A DNA stretch of 64,000 bases from an uncultured Candidatus Rokubacteria bacterium (GTDB taxonomy: Bacteria; Methylomirabilota; Methylomirabilia; Rokubacteriales; CSP1-6): the NCBI GenBank assembly GCA_963754315.1, contig CAVWFS010000005.1, positions 197,936-261,935 on the forward strand. The letters are read 5' to 3'. The notes beneath the pieces were generated by a model. That model was not told the DNA's origin. It did no database searches and saw only the letters and a list, made by a program, of their open reading frames with translations. The position numbers and the translations under genes are program-made. How positions within the stretch are numbered: position 1 is the stretch's first letter; every line of letters begins with the position of its first letter. Below, piece by piece: positions 29,326-38,763 of the stretch.

Positions 29326-30232
29326 TCAGCGGGGCTCTCGCTGGTACACGTGTTCCCGGGTACGCGGCGCATAGCCACCGTGCCCGTCACCGTGCTTGCG
29401 ATTCAACACCTGGTAGAGCCCGATGGATCCCGCCTCGAAGGCGACCGCCGAGCACGTTAGGTAGAGAAGCCAGGTCCGGTATGTGCGTTCCCCGGCCACG
29501 GCCCGGGCTTCGGCGGCCCGCGCCCGCAGTCGCTCCACCCACTGCCGGCACGTGCGGGCGTAGTGCAGGCGCAGTCCCTCGACGTCGAGGATCTCCAGGC
29601 CCGCCCGCTCGATCTCGGTCAGCGTCTCGGTCAGGCCCGCCAGGTCGCCGTTTGGGAACACGTGCCGGTACAGGAACTCGGTCTGGCTGGAGGGCTTCCA
29701 GTGGTGCTCGTGGACGATCCCGTGGTTGAGATAGAGACCGCCGTCATTCAGCCGGGCCCGCACTCCCTTGAAGAAGGCCGGATAGTTTGGGATCCCGACG
29801 TGCTCGATCATGCCAACGGCGGCGATCTTGTCGTAGGTGATGTGGGCAGGCAGATCACGGTAGTCCAGAAACTCCACCCGGCAGCGACCAGCCAGGCCCT
29901 CGCGGAGAATTCGCGAGGCGGCATAGTCAGCCTGCGCCTTGGACAGGGTCACCCCGTGGGCTCTCACCTGGTAGTGCTGGGCTGCCCAGATGGCCAGGCT
30001 GCCCCAGCCACAGCCGATGTCGAGCAGGGTCTCGTCCGGCTTGAGCTCGAGCTTGCGGCAGACGAGATCGAGCTTGTCCTGCTGCGCTTGCTCGAGCTTG
30101 CCGTCGGGCTCGCGATAGTACGCGCAGGTGTAGACCATCAGCGGATCCAGGAAGAGTTCGTAGAACTCGGTGGACACGTCGTAGTGGTGAGCAATCGCGG
30201 TGGCGTCCGCGTCCCGACTTGCGTATCCTCAC
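29326..30232 (-). CDS. Cyclopropane-fatty-acyl-phospholipid synthase family methyltransferase, catalytic domain only (indel near 30210)
   Basis: AIAHHYDVS, MVYTCAYY, LEQAQ..KL, LDIGCGWG, GMIEHVG, VFPNG and HYART. Confidence 0.88.
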
Positions 30233-31356
30233 GACGTCGCCGCCCGCATGCCGAAGACGTGGCCGAGCACCAGGTGCCGACGGGCGGCAGGAGTTCTCAA
30301 CACGGTATGAACCAGGGCCCGCGCCATGGCGTCAGGCGTCCGGGAGAGCTGGCGGCCCAGCCAGCCGACCTCGCCCGATCCATATCGCCGAACGATCTCG
30401 CGCCCGTACCCTTCGAGCGCGGTGCCGTGCCGGAGGTGCGCTTCGACCGCCTCGGCCGCCAGCCGTCCGCTTCGAATGGCCGGCCCGATGCCCTCACCGC
30501 TCAGATCCCGCGCCAGGCCAGCGGCATCGCCGACCAGGCAGAAGCGGTCGCCGACGAGGCGCCGCGGGGCTCGGCGTCGCACGACGTAGGCGTGACCGCG
30601 AAACGGCTCGAGGCGAAGATCGTCGGGCAGGCGACCGGAGGCGCGGAGGCTTTCGACGAGGACCTGGCGCCGCCGCCGCAGATCCACCCCCGGGCCGACG
30701 ACGCATCCGACTCCGACGTTCAGCACGTCGCCCTTCGGGAAGTACCAGCCGTAGCCTCTCAGGTCTCGCTCGACATAGAGCTCAGGAGCGTGCCAGGTAG
30801 CCCCGAGAGCCGCGATGCGATGCGCGCAGAGGCGCGTCTCGCTCTCTTGCGCGACGATCACCTCTTCCTCGGAGGAGACGCTGCCCAGGGCCAGGGCGAC
30901 CGGACAACGGTGGCCGCCAGCCCCGATGACGATGGGAGCGGTGAAGAGACCGGCCTCGCTCAGAATCTGGACCTCCGTCTTCGTGGCCGTCACGGAGGTC
31001 ACGCGGGCGCCTTCACGCACGTCGACCCCAGCCCCCCGGGCGCGCTCGAGCAAGTGGTGGTCGAACTCGCGCCGGAGGATTCCATAGCTGGCCGGTCCTC
31101 CCCAGCGGGTCTCGTGTCGCGCTCCGTCGAACTCGAACCGACAGGCCGCGAAGGCCTGGATGGTGGCCGGATATGTCGCCGGGTTGACCTCGGCATCCGC
31201 GAGCGCCTCGAGCGTGACCCAACCCGCACAGACCTTGGGGCGCGGAAAATGGGCGGCGTCGAGGAGGAGTAGCCGCAGTCCCGCCCCGGCAAGCGTCCAG
31301 GCGGCCGTGCTCCCGCCCGGTCCGCCGCCGACGATGATGACGTCGTAGCGCGTCAC
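30229..31356 (-). CDS. Geranylgeranyl-reductase-like FAD/NAD(P) oxidoreductase
   Basis: GGGPGGS, FPRPKVCAG, R.EFD..L, GYGWYFPKG and VGDAAG...SGEGI. Confidence 0.85.
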   Translation of the reverse strand: MTRYDVIIVGGGPGGSTAAWTLAGAGLRLLLLDAAHFPRPKVCAGWVTLEALADAEVNPATYPATIQAFAACRFEFDGARHETRWGGPASYGILRREFDHHLLERARGAGVDVREGARVTSVTATKTEVQILSEAGLFTAPIVIGAGGHRCPVALALGSVSSEEEVIVAQESETRLCAHRIAALGATWHAPELYVERDLRGYGWYFPKGDVLNVGVGCVVGPGVDLRRRRQVLVESLRASGRLPDDLRLEPFRGHAYVVRRRAPRRLVGDRFCLVGDAAGLARDLSGEGIGPAIRSGRLAAEAVEAHLRHGTALEGYGREIVRRYGSGEVGWLGRQLSRTPDAMARALVHTVLRTPAARRHLVLGHVFGMRAATS

Positions 31357-31357
31357 C

Positions 31358-31702
31358 TCAGCCTCGCCAAAGGGTCAGGAGGATTCGCAGGCGGTCGCCG
31401 ACGGACAGGCGAATCTCTTCCATCGCGTCGGCAATGTTCATGACGTGAAACAAGTCCCCTTCGAGGTCGATCGCGCCCTCGACGTAGGCCTCGGCGAAGT
31501 TGAGCGGCGTGGGGTCGCGAATGAGACGTATGAATGCTTCCGAGCTATGGACGACAGCCGTGCACACGGGATCGCCATGGCCCAGCACGACGCACGTGCC
31601 GTCCCACAGACGGAACGCGCAGCCTGTCGTCACGCGACCGAAGATGTGGCGCAGGACCTCGGCGGCTCGTCGCGAGGTGGTGCGCCGTGGTAGAGGCATC
31701 AT
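31358..31702 (-). CDS. Stand-alone N-terminal (lipid-binding) domain of a CFA-synthase-like protein
   Basis: FRLWDGT...PLNFAEAYVEGAIDLEGDL, matching the LG.AY..G.....GDL N-domain motif of Cfa proteins. Confidence 0.7.
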   Translation of the reverse strand: MMPLPRRTTSRRAAEVLRHIFGRVTTGCAFRLWDGTCVVLGHGDPVCTAVVHSSEAFIRLIRDPTPLNFAEAYVEGAIDLEGDLFHVMNIADAMEEIRLSVGDRLRILLTLWRG

Positions 31703-31778
31703 CGCGGCGCACCCGGGGCCCAATCGGACAGCCAATGAGCCGAACAGGGGCGAGCGCATTGGCCACGCGCGGCCCCAG

Positions 31779-31844
31779 CTACCGGGTGAACGACAGCGGA
31801 TCGAAAACGGCGTAGACGAACCTGGCGAACGGACGAGCCGTCAT
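31779..31844 (-). CDS. 21-aa small ORF immediately downstream of the riboswitch
   Basis: G-rich RBS GAGGGGGG then ATG. Peptide MTARPFARFVYAVFDPLSFTR. Confidence 0.4.
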   Translation of the reverse strand: MTARPFARFVYAVFDPLSFTR

Positions 31845-31878
31845 CCCTGGTCCCCCCTCGAAGACCGGTTCAGCTGAT

Positions 31879-32035
31879 GCGCTCGGGTCGGTCTCCTGGC
31901 TTCCGGATCGTCCTACTCCCCGTGCCTTCCCAGCCCAACGCCAGTGGCACTCTCGGGTTTCGTGCCCGGTTACAGTGACGGGGTCGCGGCGGATTCGCAC
32001 CGCCTTCCCTGGGCCCTCATGGGCACCTCGAGCGC
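31879..32035 (-). ncRNA. Cobalamin (B12) riboswitch
   Basis: Minus strand AGGGAAggcGGTGcgAATCCgcc...CACTGTAA...GCCACTG...GGGAAGG...AAGCCAGGAGACC, closed by P1 GCGCTCG/CGAGCGC. Confidence 0.93.
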
Positions 32036-32134
32036 GACAACGCGATGACACTAGCAGAGCCCTCGGGGTCCTCGCAACATGAATGCGTCACTCCGGTCTC
32101 GCGGTGGTGTCGGGAGAAGTTCAAAAGGCGCGGT

Positions 32135-32435
32135 TCAGTTCACCCGGCTTGCGCATCATCTTCTCGACCTCGGCGATCCTTGAGCGCGAAACGTTTCTGG
32201 CCGAGGACAGATGGTCCATGTGCTGCTCCTCAAGGCGGATCTACTCGCGGGCGCTACTCCTCCAGCCACACCCCATTTGTCCGCAACGAGCGCGAGCAGG
32301 TCGTATCGATTCCATGCGAGCGTGGCGCGTTCGTGCTCCGGGGCCTCGTGGAGAACTGGGTAATTTCATGCTTGTGAGATTCGACCAACTTGCCGATGCT
32401 TCAGCGATGGATGGCCACCGAGCGAGATGACGTGC
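32135..32435 (-). pseudogene. Decayed ferritin-like (bacterioferritin/Dps-like) gene
   Basis: Across shifting frames: HVISLGGHPS, IGKLVESHKHEIT, LHEAPEHERATL, YDLLALV, VWLEE, IRLEEQH and EVEKMMRKPGELN. Confidence 0.6.
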
Positions 32436-32578
32436 TCGCCGGCCATCGCGGCGTAGATTCATGCCCTCGTGGCCTGGCTGCCCATCCCCTGGGCATCGCG
32501 GCCGACTGTGTTGCGATTCCTACATTAGCTTCAGGCCTCAGGGCGTGCGTGGACCGTCAATGAGGCCAAAGGCGCTCG

Positions 32579-32896
32579 TCAAGAGCCGCCGCCCTCGGTG
32601 GTGCCCGCCGCGCGAGGCCGCCCTCCCTGACGCTCTGCGGCCGGTCGCCGACCCGCCGTTCGTACCAAAAGGCCTCCGGTTTGGTGCTTCCCGGCATCAC
32701 AGGCGCCGCCGCGCTTCGCCTCAGGGTCGGTGCCGGCCAGAAATGATCGCGCTAAGGCCGCGAGACGTTGCTCGTCTTCAGGCGATGTGAGGTCAGCGGC
32801 CTGAGCCCAGCACGACACGCAGTGCCACTTGCCACCTCGGCCGTCGAGTGCGGTCAAGGCGCGGTCATGAAATTTGTTGGCATCCACGGATCTCAC
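32579..32896 (-). CDS. Hypothetical protein (CxxC)
   Basis: ORF with WHCVSCW, no recognisable family. Confidence 0.3.
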   Translation of the reverse strand: MRSVDANKFHDRALTALDGRGGKWHCVSCWAQAADLTSPEDEQRLAALARSFLAGTDPEAKRGGACDAGKHQTGGLLVRTAGRRPAAERQGGRPRAAGTTEGGGS

Positions 32897-32987
32897 TCTA
32901 GCAGTTCCTCACCGGCACGTTGGCCAGCTTCGCGAGAGTGATGAGAAACACCTGCCTTCTTCGCTCAGACAGGCTGCGTCCAACCTC

Positions 32988-33836
32988 TCACGACGGTGGC
33001 GCCTGAGTCCCCTGGGGTTGGAGGTCGGCGCCGACCTCGGACGGGTTCGGGGGTTCGACGAGCTGGATGGTCTCTTCCTGGGGCGACTGCGGCTGGCCAC
33101 CGCCTTGGCGGGCGCGGAAGCGGATTTGAGGCAGGCGCGCGACGGCTTGGCGGAGGGCTTGCTCCCAACGGACGCCGATCTTCACGAGGTCAGGGTCGCC
33201 CGCCGGGAACCGGCGCTGCCGGGTGATCTCGAGCTCGTCCGCCCCGTAGGCCAGGAGATCGATTGGTGGTCCCACCGTCACATTCGAGCGCATGGTGGAA
33301 TCGAGGGAGAGCAGCGCGTACTTCGAGGCCTCCTCCAGGGTCGTCCTCTCGAAGCGGATTCCGCGATCGAGGATCGGGCGGCCGTACTTGGTCTCACCGA
33401 TCTGCAGATACGGCGAGTCTTCGCTGGCCTGCAGCGGATTCCCCTGCGGGTAGATGATGAAGAGCCCGGGAGTCTCTCCGCGCACTTGCCCTCCCAGGAT
33501 CAGATTCACGTTGAACTTGAACTCGTCGCGCTCGAGCGCGTCCCTGTCCATGGCGGAGACGCGCCGAACCTGCTCGCCGATCACGCGCGCCGCGTCGTAG
33601 AGGGACGGGGCCTGGGCCAGGCCCTTGGCCTGGTCGAAGTCGCGCCGCAAGAGCGTGATGATCGACTGGGTGCAGGAGAGGCTTCCACTACTCAGCAGGA
33701 CGAAGACTCGCTCCCCTGGCTGGACGAAGATGTGCATCTTCCGGGAGACGTTCACTTGATCGTGACCAGAATTGGTACGCGAATCGGAGGCCATGACCAG
33801 CCCGTGGCGCGTCCAGATGCCCACACAGTAGGTCAT
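32988..33836 (-). CDS. Proteasome-type protease (Anbu family)
   Basis: MTYCVG N-terminus (Thr nucleophile), SDSRTN.G.D, IYPQGN, QIGETKYGRPILDR and DSTMRSNVTVGPP. Confidence 0.9.
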   Translation of the reverse strand: MTYCVGIWTRHGLVMASDSRTNSGHDQVNVSRKMHIFVQPGERVFVLLSSGSLSCTQSIITLLRRDFDQAKGLAQAPSLYDAARVIGEQVRRVSAMDRDALERDEFKFNVNLILGGQVRGETPGLFIIYPQGNPLQASEDSPYLQIGETKYGRPILDRGIRFERTTLEEASKYALLSLDSTMRSNVTVGPPIDLLAYGADELEITRQRRFPAGDPDLVKIGVRWEQALRQAVARLPQIRFRARQGGGQPQSPQEETIQLVEPPNPSEVGADLQPQGTQAPPS

Positions 33837-33955
33837 GGTGCGTCCATTCCTGCACATTCGGCGGCGGCGATCCTGACCACGAGCGGCATCTTACCAGAGG
33901 CCTCGGACCGATCTCGGCAATTGACGCGAACGCGCACCGGGCATACGGTGCCCCC

Positions 33956-34777
33956 ATGCGAATCCGCATCGGCTACGAGCTCCTCTTCGAGATGCCAGAG
34001 CCGACCGCGATGCTCATGCTGCTCTATCTACACCCGGACACGGCGCCGGCCCTCCAGAGACCGGAGCACATCCTCGTCGAGCCCCAGACGCCAGTGGAGG
34101 ATTTCATCGACTGGTTCGGCAACCGGGCCGCACGCATCCTGGCGCCCGCCGGCCAGATGCGGATCAGCTACGACAACGTGGTCGAGAACCATGGGGAGCC
34201 CGAGCCACCGATCGACGGACGCCGGCTGAGCCCTGTGCAACAGCTTCCGCCAGCGTGTTGGCAGTTCCTCCTCGCGAGCCGGTACTGTGAGGTGGATCGC
34301 ATGTCCCAGATCGCGTGGGATCTCTTCGGGAAGACCCCGCAGTCCTGGGAGCGGGTGAAAGCGGTACTGGACTGGGTACACACGAACGTCACCTTCGGAT
34401 ACGAATTCGCGCGACCGACGAAGACCGCATTCGATGTCTACACGGAACGACAGGGTGTGTGCCGGGACTTTCAGCACCTCGCCATCACCTTCCTGCGGGC
34501 CCTCAATATCCCGGCGCGCTATGCGACCGGCTACCTGGGCGACATTGGCGTGGTGGCCAGTCCCTCCCCGATGGACTTCGCGGCGTGGCTCGAAGTGTAC
34601 GTGGGCGACGCCTGGCACACCCTCGACGCCCGCCACAACCAGCCCCGCATTGGTCGCCTGCTCATCGCCCGCGGCCGCGACGCAGTCGACGTGGCGCTCA
34701 CGACCTCCTTCGGTACCGCGAACCTCACGCAGTTTTCCGTCACGACCGACGAGGTCCCCGATCCTCCTCTGCGCTGA
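33956..34777 (+). CDS. Transglutaminase family protein
   Basis: SRYCE, GVCRDFQHL, PARYATGYLG, DFAAW.EVY and GRDAVDVA. Confidence 0.9.
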   Translation: MRIRIGYELLFEMPEPTAMLMLLYLHPDTAPALQRPEHILVEPQTPVEDFIDWFGNRAARILAPAGQMRISYDNVVENHGEPEPPIDGRRLSPVQQLPPACWQFLLASRYCEVDRMSQIAWDLFGKTPQSWERVKAVLDWVHTNVTFGYEFARPTKTAFDVYTERQGVCRDFQHLAITFLRALNIPARYATGYLGDIGVVASPSPMDFAAWLEVYVGDAWHTLDARHNQPRIGRLLIARGRDAVDVALTTSFGTANLTQFSVTTDEVPDPPLR

Positions 34778-34872
34778 GCGACGTCGAACCACTGTGACGC
34801 CGGGAAGGCTCTCGACCCATCGGCCAGCAGGTTGGACTTGCCCTAAGACCATGATGGCCTCACAATGTGACC

Positions 34873-35163
34873 ATGAAGGCCATCAACGTCACCGAGCTCA
34901 AGGCTCACCTGAGCAAGTACCTCCGGATGGCATCGCGTGGGGCCCGGATACTCGTGAAGGACCGGGACGAGCCGATCGCCCAGCTCGGCCCACCCCAAGC
35001 GGCGGCGCGGTCATGGTCCGACCGCCTGGCCCAAGCCGGTCGGCTGCGGCTGGGCACGCAAGACTGGCGCAGGTTCGAGATCTCCAGGCTCGATCGGCAC
35101 GTCGACATCCAGGCGTCGCTTCGTGCGGTGCGTGAGGATCCGAGTGAAGTACGTCGACGCTAG
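34873..35163 (+). CDS. Phd/YefM-family antitoxin
   Basis: INVTELKAHLSKYL..ASRG..ILV.DR.EPIA. Confidence 0.85.
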   Translation: MKAINVTELKAHLSKYLRMASRGARILVKDRDEPIAQLGPPQAAARSWSDRLAQAGRLRLGTQDWRRFEISRLDRHVDIQASLRAVREDPSEVRRR

Positions 35164-35560
35164 CGCCGTGCTCCGGGTCCTGTTCGCCGAGCCGGGACCC
35201 GAGGTACCGCTCGCCGCCGGCGACCGCGTTGTGTCGTCGCAACTCGTCGAGGTCGAGACGTTCCGGGCCGTCGATCGCGAGCGGCTACTCGGCAACCTCG
35301 ACGATAAGCAGACAGCGACCAAACGCAAGGAGCTGGTCGACTTTCTCGCCAGGCTCGATCTGGCTCCGATCGATGGCGCGGTGATCGATCGCGCCAAGAG
35401 CTCCTTCGCCGTGAACCTCCGCGCGCTCGACGCGATTCACGTGGCAACGGCCGAGATCCTGGCCGCCGAAGCCGAGGGCGAGCCGCTGGAATTCTGGACG
35501 CACGACGATCGTCAGGCCATCGCCGCGCTCTCGCGCGGGCTCACCGTGCGCGGAACGTGA
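35144..35560 (+). CDS. PIN-domain (VapC-like) toxin
   Basis: YVDASAVL...E, LRALDAIHVATA and FWTHD..Q. Confidence 0.88.
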   Translation: MKYVDASAVLRVLFAEPGPEVPLAAGDRVVSSQLVEVETFRAVDRERLLGNLDDKQTATKRKELVDFLARLDLAPIDGAVIDRAKSSFAVNLRALDAIHVATAEILAAEAEGEPLEFWTHDDRQAIAALSRGLTVRGT

Positions 35561-35658
35561 GCGTCTGAGAAGTCGCCAAGGCACCGGTGGGGCCGACCCC
35601 TGTCGCAGCACTGAACGCGCGCTTCGCCGGAGGGGTACGGCACGAGCGCGTCCTCGCG

Positions 35659-36560
35659 CTACGGCTTCGAGAGCAACGCCGGCAAGTGGTAGCCGATGCT
35701 GAGCCTGAGCTCATAGTCGTTGGACGGTGGTGACGTCCATCGGGGATACACCGTCGCCTGCGCGTTGACGTGCCACCGGCCCGCGAACAGCTTGCCGACG
35801 ACGAGATTGAGCGGGACACTGCTCGTCCCCTTGGCGAAGTCCAGGGTGATGATCGGCTGGGTCTGCACGTACCACGAGTCGGGCAGGAGCTTGGTGATGA
35901 AGGGCTGCAGGGTGAGCTGATTCACGCGCGAGCGCTGAGGGTCGCCAGCAAACGAGAAGTACTGCTGGAGGAGAAACGCGAACTGCCAGCCCGGCACCCC
36001 ATCGTTCACATAGCCGAGCGCCGGACCGAGCTGATACTTGCCTTGCCCCATCTCCGAGTGCGACGCCGTGGGGAAGACGAAGACCGGACCCATCCCGAGC
36101 GTTCCCCACGCCTTCCGGTCCCCCACGACGAACAGCGTGAGCCACGTGAGGTCGCCGATCCCGGCGTTCGTGGGGCCATTCTCGTCGTCGACCTCGGGGA
36201 TCGGCCACTCGATGCGCGAGAAGAGGGGGAGCCCGGACTCGACGACCAGGATGCCCTTGAGCTTCACGTATGCGTCGAAGGTGCCGTTCGCGCGCTGCTC
36301 ATAGGTCGGCTCCGCGGTCACCGACGAGGTCAGCGGGATGGGACCGATGACCTCCTCGACGGTGAACCGTCTGCGTTCCCCGCCCTCACGGGAAGAAGAG
36401 CCGCCGAGGTCGGGCGCGGTGATGCCATCGGCTCGTGCCCCGCCGAGCGACAGGTTCGGGGCCAGCTCCACGAGGGCACCCGTACCTTGCGCCTCGACGG
36501 CGACCGGCATGACCAGGAGGCAGAGAAGCAGGCAGAGCGAAACGACAACCTGGCTCAGCA
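35659..36560 (-). CDS. Putative outer-membrane beta-barrel / transporter-family protein
   Basis: Signal peptide (..PVAVEAQ), GIGDL, GPVFVFPTAS and G.GKYQLGP, with amphipathic beta strands. Start uncertain. Confidence 0.6.
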
Positions 36561-36577
36561 AGCCTCCACGATCCGGA

Positions 36578-38743
36578 TCACCGCCGGAATCCGCCGAACC
36601 GCTCTCCGAACCCACCCCCGGAGCCGTAGGAGGAGTAGCGATCCTGGCCAGCGGACCGTGACCACGCGGAGTCGTTGAGCTCACCAGCATGCTGTTGCCA
36701 TCCGCCTCCGACGCCACGAGCGGGTTCCTGCCAGCCGCCCGCGCCTGCAAGATACTGGCTGCGGGCCTGCTGCGCCCAGATCGATGACTGATACTCGCGC
36801 TGCGCCTGCTGGGCTCGCTGCTGGGCCGGCGCCGTGTTCATGCGGTTCCAGCCATTGGTGGTGGAATTGTAGTGTTCCCAGCCACCACCCGTGTTCCGGT
36901 AGACGTTGCCATCGCGCGTAGCGTAGATGTTGTTGCCCTGGCGGGCGAGGGCGGTGTTCTGGGTGCGGGCGAATTGCGTGTTGCCGACGCTTCCGGTGGC
37001 CGCACGGTAGTACTTGTTGCCGTAGCGAGTGTAGATGTTCACGTTGGCATAGCCGCCGTGCCAGCCGCCCCAGCAACAGCCGCCGTGCCAGCCCCACGGC
37101 GCCGAGGCGGCGATGGCGCCGAATGGCATGCCGAAGGCGAATCCGGTAAAGACCCCTGCGCCATAGCCGGCCGCGTACGCCCCGTAGGTTGCGGGCAGCG
37201 GATACCAGACGGTGCCGGCCCAGGCGGGGTACACGTAGCCAGTGCCATAGACCACGAGGTTGCTCGGCGTCACGACCATGCCGTAATACCCGGGGGTGTA
37301 GCCCGTGTAGACCACCTGCGCCGTCGCGCCGTACACGTAGACGTGCGTGACGTGGTAGAGCGGCGAGGTCGGCGGGATCGTGTAGACCACCGGCGGCACG
37401 CTGGTGGCCACGAGCCAGTTTCGGACCGGGGAGGACGAGACGAACCAGACGCCGTCCTGAAGCGCCATGTAGTAGGTGGGATCCACCTGGATCACCGGCA
37501 GCGGCGCGTTCCTCGCGTACGAGAGCCCGGTCCCCGTGATCGGGGTGAACTGCGGTGACCCGTCATAGGTCACCGTGAGCTGTGCCGTCCGGGCGATGGT
37601 GGCGGTCTGGGGGATGCCGTTGGCGATGACGGCCTGCTTGGCCTCGGCCGTCCCCGGCACCGAGGCCAGCACGGCCCCCTTCGGATGATTGAGCGGGATC
37701 TGCGCAAAATCGCCGGGGAGCGTGCTCGGCTCCACGAAGGCCCAGGGGCCGCTCAGCGCCCGGGCCCGGAACCAGCGCCCCGAGATCAGGAGGTAGTACT
37801 GCTGGGTTGTTCGGTAGAAGAAGAGGCTGCTCGCCGTGTTGCTCACATCGAAGATCTGGGTCGTGGCAATGGGCTGGAACTGCGCTGGGCCCTCGGTCTG
37901 GATGAGCTCGGCCGGCGCGGTGCTCGTGTAGATGACCGGGAGCTGGCCCTGCTCGAGGGCCCGCTTCACCGACGGCGTGAAATCATCGAGGCTCACCTGC
38001 TTGTCGGCGATGGCCTGCTGCTTGGCCGTCTCCAGTGCCGCGGGCGCATTGGTCGCCGCCGTCCACGGGCCCTCGAAGGCCGGCGCCTGCACCCACCGGT
38101 TCAGGAGCCAGAGGTAGTAGGTGCCGCTCGAGGTGTCCAGGAGGAGCAGCGCGCGTGTGTTGATGGCCCGCATCAACGGCGTGCCCTGAACCTGCCGGAG
38201 CACCAGCTTGCCGTCGGTGAGTACCAGCACGGCCAGGCGCGGGCTGTAGACGATCCGTGGTGGGGTGTTCTTGACGGCCACCTGCGGTCGACGACCGATG
38301 ACCTTGGTGACCTCGAGGTTGGCCTGCAGGCGATCCAATGCGATCTGGATGGGCTGCAAGGGAAGCGCATCGTTGAGCGCGCTGGCGTAGTCGATGCCCT
38401 CATCCGGTGTCCCCGGAAAGTCGATCTTGAAGAGCGACATGTCGTGAAGTGTCACCATCCGGCTCTCCTTGTCGACGTTGGTGAGCGCGGAGAACCAGAT
38501 GACCCCGAAGCGGGGCTGCGGAGAGGCCGCCGTCTCGAGGCCGACGGCGGCGCGGGCCTGGAGCTCGTTCCCCTGCCAGCGCTCAATCTGCGGCTGGTAG
38601 ATCGAAAACGTGTTCTCGCCGCTGACGAACTGCTTGGGCCAGGCATCGTCGGCCGAGGAAGCGCCTGGGGCTTGCGCGTGTGCCCAGGGGAGCACACTCG
38701 GAGCAAGAAGCAGGGAGACGAGCAGCAGCGAGAGGATCTTCAT
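36578..38743 (-). CDS. Large secreted hypothetical protein with Gly/Tyr/Trp-rich C-terminus
   Basis: Signal peptide, IYQPQ, SGRWFR...GPW, Y.GYTPGY and low-complexity tail. Confidence 0.75.
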   Translation of the reverse strand: MKILSLLLVSLLLAPSVLPWAHAQAPGASSADDAWPKQFVSGENTFSIYQPQIERWQGNELQARAAVGLETAASPQPRFGVIWFSALTNVDKESRMVTLHDMSLFKIDFPGTPDEGIDYASALNDALPLQPIQIALDRLQANLEVTKVIGRRPQVAVKNTPPRIVYSPRLAVLVLTDGKLVLRQVQGTPLMRAINTRALLLLDTSSGTYYLWLLNRWVQAPAFEGPWTAATNAPAALETAKQQAIADKQVSLDDFTPSVKRALEQGQLPVIYTSTAPAELIQTEGPAQFQPIATTQIFDVSNTASSLFFYRTTQQYYLLISGRWFRARALSGPWAFVEPSTLPGDFAQIPLNHPKGAVLASVPGTAEAKQAVIANGIPQTATIARTAQLTVTYDGSPQFTPITGTGLSYARNAPLPVIQVDPTYYMALQDGVWFVSSSPVRNWLVATSVPPVVYTIPPTSPLYHVTHVYVYGATAQVVYTGYTPGYYGMVVTPSNLVVYGTGYVYPAWAGTVWYPLPATYGAYAAGYGAGVFTGFAFGMPFGAIAASAPWGWHGGCCWGGWHGGYANVNIYTRYGNKYYRAATGSVGNTQFARTQNTALARQGNNIYATRDGNVYRNTGGGWEHYNSTTNGWNRMNTAPAQQRAQQAQREYQSSIWAQQARSQYLAGAGGWQEPARGVGGGWQQHAGELNDSAWSRSAGQDRYSSYGSGGGFGERFGGFRR

Positions 38744-38763
38744 GAGTCCGTGCGGAGGTTTGT

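Noticed and set aside
36600..37200. Gly/Trp-rich repeats (GWHGG, GGWQ) as a separate repeat element or RiPP precursor
   Set aside because: Low-complexity tail inside a large secreted CDS, with no modifying enzymes nearby.
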